From IMG/VR virus record IMGVR_UViG_3300033053_000010, positions 1 to 57,313 of that record: a stretch of 57,313 nt of DNA; one strand, given 5' to 3'. Positions 26,708 through 32,451 of this stretch are shown one piece after another; within the stretch, counting starts at the first letter, position 1; each line of letters opens with the position of its first letter. A program made the translations under genes and the position numbers. Below the pieces are notes generated by a model, which saw nothing but the letters and a program-made list of their open reading frames with translations, did no database searches and had not been told where the DNA came from. The stretch is from a virus. Taxonomy: Duplodnaviria > Caudoviricetes.

Positions 26708-26737
26708 TTCAAATCACTCCTATTATAATATATTTCT

Positions 26738-26762
26738 CATAATAGTAGTTGTATAATATGCG
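26738..26762 (-). promoter_or_regulatory. Promoter-like motif, copy 19
   Basis: CGC ATATTA TACA ACTAC TATTAT ^GAGA. Confidence 0.8.
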
Positions 26763-26765
26763 TAC

Positions 26766-27485
26766 TTAGAACATATCGTAATTCACTCTCGGTTGGTTTG
26801 AATAATTCAAATAATAATACTCACAACCAGCATCGTCTTCCATTTTTCTATGTTCGAAATCAACCCACGGGTTAGTCGTTGTAGACGCATATCCTTCACA
26901 TACAGACCAACCCAGAATTTCCCCAGCCTCTGTTTGTGGTATACCTAATAATCTATAGAATTCATTAAGAGACGCATGACCAACTATTGATAATTGTTTA
27001 TTGAATAGATATTCAGCTTTAAGTACGTTTTCTATTGTGCTTGAGAAAAACTTAGAAGTATATTCTTCGTAGAATATCTTCTCACCCGTCCTTTCAAGGT
27101 AAAGATCTTTAGGTACCTTATTTTTAACAGTTTCCTTCATTATTTCTTCTTTGGTTTGTTGATTACAAGTATGATCTATATTCTCCCTCAAAGATTTATA
27201 GTTGTCTTGTACGGACGTTAGGGTGTTTAACAACGCTATTTTTTCATTCATGGTTACTTTATCAGAATATATAATACATAACATTGTACTTGTCATTATC
27301 ATACCCGATGGAATATAACACTTCCAAGTTCTTTTTATTTTCTCTCTTAGTGTCATATCGTCATCTATTAATTTACAAGCTTTATGCGTATCCTTTATTG
27401 CTGAATACATAGTCAACCCAACACCAACTACGGAAGCAAAGTTTAATATAAATTGTTTATCCTTTCTTATTATGTTTTTTATCAT
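26766..27485 (-). CDS. Paralog family B protein
   Basis: LNEFYRLLG...GEILGW motif; N-terminal TM segments. Confidence 0.7.
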   Translation of the reverse strand: MIKNIIRKDKQFILNFASVVGVGLTMYSAIKDTHKACKLIDDDMTLREKIKRTWKCYIPSGMIMTSTMLCIIYSDKVTMNEKIALLNTLTSVQDNYKSLRENIDHTCNQQTKEEIMKETVKNKVPKDLYLERTGEKIFYEEYTSKFFSSTIENVLKAEYLFNKQLSIVGHASLNEFYRLLGIPQTEAGEILGWSVCEGYASTTTNPWVDFEHRKMEDDAGCEYYYLNYSNQPRVNYDMF

Positions 27486-27508
27486 GTTTATCCCTCCTGA
27501 TTATTTAT

Positions 27509-27528
27509 AAAAAGAAGAGCCTAAGCTC
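27509..27528 (-). terminator. Cassette terminator, type 2
   Basis: GAGCTTAGGCTC + TTCTTTTT. Confidence 0.7.
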
Positions 27529-27728
27529 TAATTTTCTTTGTTGAGAAGTTCTCCTAATTCGTTTCTTAATGCTTTTATAATAGGACTCAACTCTTCTGTT
27601 TTGCTGATACGTCCTTCTACGAATTTTAATTTACCGTAAGCATATACCCCGTAAATAGCCGTTCCTATAAGTCCTACACCACCAACAACAATCGCTAATT
27701 TTTCCTTATCATTAAACATATTAATCAC
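27528..27728 (-). CDS. Single-TM cassette protein
   Basis: LAIVVGGVGLIGTAIYGVYAY TM segment. Confidence 0.65.
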   Translation of the reverse strand: MINMFNDKEKLAIVVGGVGLIGTAIYGVYAYGKLKFVEGRISKTEELSPIIKALRNELGELLNKEN

Positions 27729-27734
27729 TCCTAA

Positions 27735-27962
27735 TTATTTATTTCTCATAATAGTAGTTGTATAAGATGCGCGTTGATCTTTTATAGGTTTACCAGTTAA
27801 TGTTATTTTAGACGATTGCAAAAGACCATATTGTTTTTTAAATTGACTACTCAAATTACTAATAGCTTTTTTTTCAGAAATAGCATACGTCTCACCTCGC
27901 CATTTTGAAGTCATTAATCGACTAATACCCATAACAGGACCTTCGTAAATATAATGATCCAT
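27735..27962 (-). CDS. Hypothetical phage protein
   Basis: ORF with GGGGG RBS; 3' end runs through promoter copy 20. Confidence 0.65.
   Translation of the reverse strand: MDHYIYEGPVMGISRLMTSKWRGETYAISEKKAISNLSSQFKKQYGLLQSSKITLTGKPIKDQRASYTTTIMRNK
27747..27771 (-). promoter_or_regulatory. Promoter-like motif, copy 20
   Basis: CGC ATCTTA TACA ACTAC TATTAT ^GAGA. Confidence 0.8.
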
Positions 27963-27985
27963 TTATTCATCCCCCATAAAATATA

Positions 27986-28168
27986 TTATTTGCGTTTTCT
28001 TTTAGATATCAACGTTTCTGCTAATTTCATTTGTCCTTCGCGATCTCTATCAGCATATATATCACCTAACCAACTTCTTGTTATTGGTCTATTTGCCCAA
28101 GGTTTAAGAACGTTTGCCCTCTGTCTCAATTCTTGTTGTTTTTGTATGTGTCTATCTCCTCTTCCCAT
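27986..28168 (-). CDS. Basic hypothetical protein
   Basis: 60-aa ORF, AGGAGG RBS. Confidence 0.6.
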   Translation of the reverse strand: MGRGDRHIQKQQELRQRANVLKPWANRPITRSWLGDIYADRDREGQMKLAETLISKRKRK

Positions 28169-28188
28169 TATAATTACCTCCTAAATTA

Positions 28189-28737
28189 TTATTTAATTAT
28201 GTAACCTTTAACTTTTACTACACCCATTGAATTGACTCGTCTCTTATATTGATAGTCGCTCTCCCCCTTTCTTCTAGATATGAAAACGTCAAGTCGATGT
28301 CTAGTATTAAAATTATTTCCACCTCTATCGGCCACTACCAATTCACCATATTCGTTTGTAATTATCTTAGTTCCTTGTCGTAACACATTGTTGGCTACCA
28401 TTCCAGATCTTAGTTTACTACCACTACAAGTAATTGGACCATACCCATTTTCTTCATCAAGACTCGTGTAAAAAGTTAATACGAATGTTTCTTCCTGTAT
28501 ACTTCCACCCCTTGATATGTCTCTTTTTTTAACATCTCTCGATTCTTCCATTTTGACTTGTTTAACCAATAGTTGTTGGAGTGCAAAATTTCTCACTTTT
28601 AAATCTCTATCAAATTCTTGACTAATAAACGATAGATATTTTTTTCTTACCTCTTTCCTATGATTGACATTGTTCACTAAATTAATGGATATTAACAATA
28701 CAATTGTAAGTTTGATTAATGCTATTTTTTGTAACAT
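28189..28737 (-). CDS. Membrane-anchored 3D-domain (MltA-like) cell-wall protein
   Basis: N-terminal hydrophobic segment; LTFYT...VA...GTKI...VADRGG...RLDVF. Confidence 0.75.
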   Translation of the reverse strand: MLQKIALIKLTIVLLISINLVNNVNHRKEVRKKYLSFISQEFDRDLKVRNFALQQLLVKQVKMEESRDVKKRDISRGGSIQEETFVLTFYTSLDEENGYGPITCSGSKLRSGMVANNVLRQGTKIITNEYGELVVADRGGNNFNTRHRLDVFISRRKGESDYQYKRRVNSMGVVKVKGYIIK

Positions 28738-28776
28738 GTTTACACAACCTTTCTTAATCGTTTGTAGAAAATAAAA

Positions 28777-28921
28777 AGAAATAGAGTTGTAGGGAGAGAC
28801 GAACTCCTACAACGGCGAGAGGGTTTTCACCTCCAACATTCGCTTCACACCGTGTCTATTTCTGATCATAGATAGTCCCTCCTGCTTTTTCAATGGGGAT
28901 CGAACCCATCATCTATTTCTC
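28777..28921 (-). ncRNA. Putative ~145-nt structured RNA with two T-loop-like hairpins
   Basis: Starts at promoter +1; closing stem AGAAAUAGA/UCUAUUUCU; GAUGGG-UUCGAUC-CCCAUU; GUUGUAGG..UUCGUCU..CCUACAAC; GAAA-capped hairpin; U-tract. Confidence 0.6.
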
Positions 28922-28945
28922 ATAATAGCACGTGTAAATTACGCG
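28921..28945 (-). promoter_or_regulatory. Promoter-like motif, copy 21
   Basis: CGC GTAATT TACA CGTGC TATTAT ^GAGA. Confidence 0.8.
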
Positions 28946-28967
28946 TGGGAAAAGAAGAGAGAAGGAT

Positions 28968-29207
28968 CTATTTGATCTTCATCTCCGCTTTGATTCCTAC
29001 ACTTCTTAGTAAGTCTAAATCTTCTTCAAGTCTTTTAACGTTTGACTTCTTTGTTACAAATCCAATTTCAATATCATCAGTTTTTTGACTACAATTAACT
29101 AGTATTGTTCCTACTTCTTTAATTCTGTCAATAACTTTCATAACTTTAAAATTATCCTCATTCTCAGTTCTTGTCATTATTGTTACATCTACTTTTCTCC
29201 AAAACAT
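28968..29207 (-). CDS. Small cassette protein
   Basis: Start moved to ATG 29207 after GGGGTG. Confidence 0.65.
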   Translation of the reverse strand: MFWRKVDVTIMTRTENEDNFKVMKVIDRIKEVGTILVNCSQKTDDIEIGFVTKKSNVKRLEEDLDLLRSVGIKAEMKIK

Positions 29208-29231
29208 ATAACTCACCCCTATCATATTTCT

Positions 29232-29256
29232 CATAATAGCGTATGTATATTCTGCG
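29232..29256 (-). promoter_or_regulatory. Promoter-like motif, copy 22
   Basis: CGC AGAATA TACA TACGC TATTAT ^GAGA. Confidence 0.8.
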
Positions 29257-29258
29257 AT

Positions 29259-29284
29259 AAAAAGAAAGAGTCTATGTAAGACTC
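29259..29284 (-). terminator. Cassette terminator, type 1
   Basis: GAGTCTTACATAGACTCTTTCTTTTT. Confidence 0.8.
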
Positions 29285-29287
29285 GAT

Positions 29288-29458
29288 CTATTCTTTATCT
29301 TTTGATCTTTCTATTCGTAAACTCATATTATCAGCTTTGAAATTTATTTTAATATTTTCACCTTCATTTGGAACATCTATATTTATGTCACATTTATGTG
29401 CTTCATATATTATTCCCTTTTTGATAATCATTGATAAAATCATTTCAGTTATACTCAT
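29288..29458 (-). CDS. 56-aa cassette protein
   Basis: MSITEMILSMIIKKGIIYEAHKCDINIDVPNEGENIKINFKADNMSLRIERSKDKE; AGGAGG RBS. Confidence 0.6.
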   Translation of the reverse strand: MSITEMILSMIIKKGIIYEAHKCDINIDVPNEGENIKINFKADNMSLRIERSKDKE

Positions 29459-29484
29459 AATATTCATCCTCCTAATATATTTCT

Positions 29485-29509
29485 CATAATATAATATGTA
29501 ATATCCGCG
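29485..29509 (-). promoter_or_regulatory. Promoter-like motif, copy 23
   Basis: CGC GGATAT TACA TATTA TATTAT ^GAGA. Confidence 0.8.
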
Positions 29510-29512
29510 TAC

Positions 29513-29535
29513 AAAAAAAAAGAAGCCTAAGCTTC
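29513..29535 (-). terminator. Cassette terminator, type 2 variant
   Basis: GAAGC-TTAG-GCTTC + T9. Confidence 0.75.
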
Positions 29536-29537
29536 CT

Positions 29538-29738
29538 TTACCAAGGGAGTTTTGCTATTAATCCTCCTGCAAGAATGTATTTTTTAGATAACAATTCTTC
29601 TAATTTTAATAAGTTATAATCGTCTAGTTTTGTCCGAATACAATTTAATCTTTTATTCTTAAGTTTAATTATTTCATCCTCTAAATCCGATATCTCATCA
29701 ATTAATAATGTTACCTTTATTCGTTCTTCATTAATCAT
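29538..29738 (-). CDS. Small helical cassette protein
   Basis: 66-aa ORF, AAGGAG RBS. Confidence 0.65.
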   Translation of the reverse strand: MINEERIKVTLLIDEISDLEDEIIKLKNKRLNCIRTKLDDYNLLKLEELLSKKYILAGGLIAKLPW

Positions 29739-29755
29739 TTATAACATCTCCTTTT

Positions 29756-29780
29756 CATAATATACTATGTAATTTATGCG
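29756..29780 (-). promoter_or_regulatory. Promoter-like motif, copy 24
   Basis: CGC ATAAAT TACA TAGTA TATTAT ^GAAA. Confidence 0.8.
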
Positions 29781-29782
29781 AT

Positions 29783-29808
29783 AAAAAGAAAGAGTCTATG
29801 TAAGACTC
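29783..29808 (-). terminator. Cassette terminator, type 1
   Basis: GAGTCTTACATAGACTCTTTCTTTTT. Confidence 0.8.
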
Positions 29809-29814
29809 GTTTCC

Positions 29815-30012
29815 TTATTTAACATTTTTAGAATTATTATCTAAACATACAAACATAATAATTGTTATTGGCCAAATAAGTGTGAATATAGAATTTAGTA
29901 TGAAGTTACAAAGATTCTTATCTTTTCTCTTTCTACCATTCCATGCTTTAATTCCCATTGTTACACCTAACACCAAATATATTATTACTATTATTGAATT
30001 TATTATTATCAT
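29815..30012 (-). CDS. Two-TM cassette membrane protein (paralog of 13452..13646)
   Basis: Hydrophobic; IWPI motif. Confidence 0.65.
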   Translation of the reverse strand: MIIINSIIVIIYLVLGVTMGIKAWNGRKRKDKNLCNFILNSIFTLIWPITIIMFVCLDNNSKNVK

Positions 30013-30035
30013 TTTAATTCCTCCTAATGTTTTCT

Positions 30036-30060
30036 CATAATAGTAGATGTATATTTGGCG
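30036..30060 (-). promoter_or_regulatory. Promoter-like motif, copy 25 (first in transcription order)
   Basis: CGC CAAATA TACA TCTAC TATTAT ^GAGA. Confidence 0.8.
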
Positions 30061-30063
30061 GAG

Positions 30064-30088
30064 AAAAACAAAGAGCCCATGTAGGCTC
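30064..30088 (-). terminator. Terminator ending the late/lysis block (type 3)
   Basis: GAGCCTACATGGGCTC + TTTGTTTTT. Confidence 0.75.
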
Positions 30089-30093
30089 GGTGT

Positions 30094-30369
30094 TTATTTT
30101 TTTCCTTCATTTATACGATTATGCCAACGTATATCTTTTCTACGTATTTGATCTTCATTTACTACTAGACGTAACTCTCTAGCACATTGTACAACGTCTG
30201 CATATTCTTCCATTACGCTTGCATACGCTTCATTTATGGTTACTGGTGTAGGGTTCTCGCCTCTAATTATTCTGGCTTGCTTTAATGCAGCCTTAGCTAA
30301 TTCGGTAGCCTCCTCAGCAAGTTGTTCTAACAACGCTGCCTTACCTATAAGTATTTCTATATCTCCCAT
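30094..30369 (-). CDS. MazG-like all-alpha NTP pyrophosphatase
   Basis: LAEEATELAKA...EEYADV acidic motif. Confidence 0.65.
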   Translation of the reverse strand: MGDIEILIGKAALLEQLAEEATELAKAALKQARIIRGENPTPVTINEAYASVMEEYADVVQCARELRLVVNEDQIRRKDIRWHNRINEGKK

Positions 30370-30388
30370 TATTTACCCTCCATTTTGA

Positions 30389-30676
30389 CTATTGTCTCTG
30401 AACAAATTGCTTTATTAATTGATTTCCATATACGGATAGTGCTGTTGCGAATAATCCTTGTATAAAACCTTCTACAAAGACTTTGCCCGTGAACCCAGCA
30501 CCTAATACTACTGCCATATAACATATAGTTGTAACTATTGCAAATATTAATAATACATATGGTATTAACCAATCCTTCATTAAGGACGTCTTTAGAATCA
30601 TACCAAATACATAACAAGCCACCACCACTACAAGTAGATCGGGTTTAATAAATTGTAAAGCTAAACTTAAATCCAT
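30389..30676 (-). CDS. Holin
   Basis: Three TM segments; next to the endolysin; GNQLIKQ C-terminus. Confidence 0.8.
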   Translation of the reverse strand: MDLSLALQFIKPDLLVVVVACYVFGMILKTSLMKDWLIPYVLLIFAIVTTICYMAVVLGAGFTGKVFVEGFIQGLFATALSVYGNQLIKQFVQRQ

Positions 30677-30690
30677 AATATAATCTCCTT

Positions 30691-31614
30691 CTAACCTATC
30701 ATTTTATCCCAAGTTTTAGGTCCGACAATACCATCCTGTAAACATCCATTTTGACCCTGCCATATAGCAACGTGTCTATTGGTGTCCCAACCGAATATGC
30801 CGTCATAAGAACAACCAACTCTAGCCTGTACAAATCTTACAGCTACTCCTTTACTACCAACACTTAACATTGGTTTAGCAAGAATAGAGTGTATAGCAGT
30901 CCATGTTTGATTTCCAGCTATACCGTCTATTTCTAGACCACATATATTTTGGAATCTCTTAACAGCCTGTTTAGTACAAGTTCCGATTATTCCATCCTCT
31001 TCTAGAGGGTTTCCTTTTCCATCTCTCATTCTTAGTCTATTCATTACCTTTTGAAGGTTTATGGCTTCATTATCTACTGGTTCTGCTTTTGCTGGTTCAC
31101 TGACATATGGCTTACCATCTATTGCAGCTTGAACCTCCGCTCTAAACATATCAACAGTTTTACCATACTTAGCAAAATACTCAACTGGATCCATATGATC
31201 TGTTTCCCCAAATCTTTCACTAACCTCAGCGTGTGATAATAAGTTGTCTGAAGTTACTGTAGTTGTTCCTACAGCATTAACCATCCAAACAGCAAACAAC
31301 CATACTGCCCTTTTCCATATTTCTTGGAATTCACTAGCGTTCTTAGCCATACATAATTCAACACCTAAGAATCTTGCATTTGCAGTTCTTCCTGCGTGCC
31401 ACGCCTTTTCATCTACAGGTACAGTTTGAATTATACTTATAGGATCTATGAATGCGTGAGCTGATGCCTTGAATTCTGGATGGGTGTTAAAAGCGTTCCT
31501 CTCCACTTGAGCAGAATCACCATAATTATCGGTACAATGCACAACCATACCTTGTGGAATAAATGGTGTAAACGATCTATTTATAGATATAAGTTGTTCA
31601 TCAACACTATACAT
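30691..31614 (-). CDS. Endolysin: Amidase_2 N-acetylmuramoyl-L-alanine amidase with two PG-binding domains
   Basis: VVHCT, SAHAFID, AWHAG, GVELC, SH...TDHMDP; repeated DGI.G..T units. Confidence 0.9.
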   Translation of the reverse strand: MYSVDEQLISINRSFTPFIPQGMVVHCTDNYGDSAQVERNAFNTHPEFKASAHAFIDPISIIQTVPVDEKAWHAGRTANARFLGVELCMAKNASEFQEIWKRAVWLFAVWMVNAVGTTTVTSDNLLSHAEVSERFGETDHMDPVEYFAKYGKTVDMFRAEVQAAIDGKPYVSEPAKAEPVDNEAINLQKVMNRLRMRDGKGNPLEEDGIIGTCTKQAVKRFQNICGLEIDGIAGNQTWTAIHSILAKPMLSVGSKGVAVRFVQARVGCSYDGIFGWDTNRHVAIWQGQNGCLQDGIVGPKTWDKMIG

Positions 31615-31615
31615 A

Positions 31616-31987
31616 TTATATTTCCCCCTTATTTTCTTTATCACTATTTATACCAAGTTTTGTTGATATAGCAACTAAATTCATATTTGCTATTTCCTGA
31701 TTATCGAACACTTTACGGAACAAATGCAATTGATCCGCCCGACATTCTTCACAATGTTTTTGATCGGCTTCTATTAATGTTTTCAAAGCCGCATTAACCT
31801 CAGTATTCTTTTCTATTACTTGTATTAATCTACTCTCTCGGTCATAGTATTGTTTTCGTTTTGCATTGTCTATAGACGCTAATGTCTTCATAACCGGTGA
31901 TAATGCTATTAATAATATAGCCACAACAACAATTAGAAGTATTATCGTACTATCACTTTGTTTTGCTAAATTGACAGCTGTATCCAT
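31616..31987 (-). CDS. Holin-like single-TM lysis-associated protein
   Basis: N-terminal TM segment plus coiled coil; directly upstream of the endolysin. Confidence 0.55.
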   Translation of the reverse strand: MDTAVNLAKQSDSTIILLIVVVAILLIALSPVMKTLASIDNAKRKQYYDRESRLIQVIEKNTEVNAALKTLIEADQKHCEECRADQLHLFRKVFDNQEIANMNLVAISTKLGINSDKENKGEI

Positions 31988-32052
31988 CCCAGTCCCCCTA
32001 TTCGTTCCATATATTACTTTCGTGTATAAATATATTTTATCTTTTGTTGGGA

Positions 32053-32081
32053 AGAGAGAATATGATTATCACACCCTCTCT
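32053..32081 (-). terminator. Hairpin after the tail module (possible terminator)
   Basis: AGAGAGGGTGTG-ATAAT-CATATTCTCTCT with G-U pairs; weak T-tail. Confidence 0.4.
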
Positions 32082-32090
32082 ATTTTCCGG

Positions 32091-32264
32091 TTAGGCTGTT
32101 ACTATACAATTCCCAAAACCATCTTGTAATAACATAGCATCTACATTAGCCCTTCTAGACTCATATAAATTAGTCTTTATAAAGTATGCTCTATACTTAT
32201 TTTGACCATCAGCTAGAGAAATTTTTGCAGCTTCTTCAATTCTACCTGTAATAAAAGTATCCAT
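32091..32264 (-). CDS. 57-aa small protein after the tail fibre (possible fibre-assembly protein)
   Basis: MDTFITGRIEEAAKISLADGQNKYRAYF...; GGGGGTG RBS. Confidence 0.55.
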   Translation of the reverse strand: MDTFITGRIEEAAKISLADGQNKYRAYFIKTNLYESRRANVDAMLLQDGFGNCIVTA

Positions 32265-32283
32265 TTTTTCACCCCCTTTCTTC

Positions 32284-32439
32284 CTACACCGTTGTTAAAC
32301 TTGGTATTAATACGGTTAGTATATAATCTAATGTCTCGGATAAGGCTGCTTTATCAGCTTCCAGTTGTGCTATTTTAGCATCCTTATCTTTTTCTTCCTG
32401 TTTCTGTTTTATTATCTGCTTGTTTTCATACTTAGGCAT
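32284..32439 (-). CDS. 51-aa coiled-coil protein after the tail fibre
   Basis: MPKYENKQIIKQKQEEKDKDAKIAQLEADKAALSETLDYILTVLIPSLTTV; GGAGGGG RBS. Confidence 0.55.
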   Translation of the reverse strand: MPKYENKQIIKQKQEEKDKDAKIAQLEADKAALSETLDYILTVLIPSLTTV

Positions 32440-32451
32440 CTATACCCCTCC

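Noticed and set aside
3917-30060. Recurring motif as a CRISPR array or attC-type integron sites
   Set aside because: Repeats are degenerate with fixed internal gaps, the intervening segments are whole genes of variable size, and there is no cas operon or tyrosine recombinase.
30369-30617. 82-aa minus-strand ORF overlapping the holin
   Set aside because: Alternative frame of the holin with no RBS; spanin-like nesting is not expected for a monoderm host.
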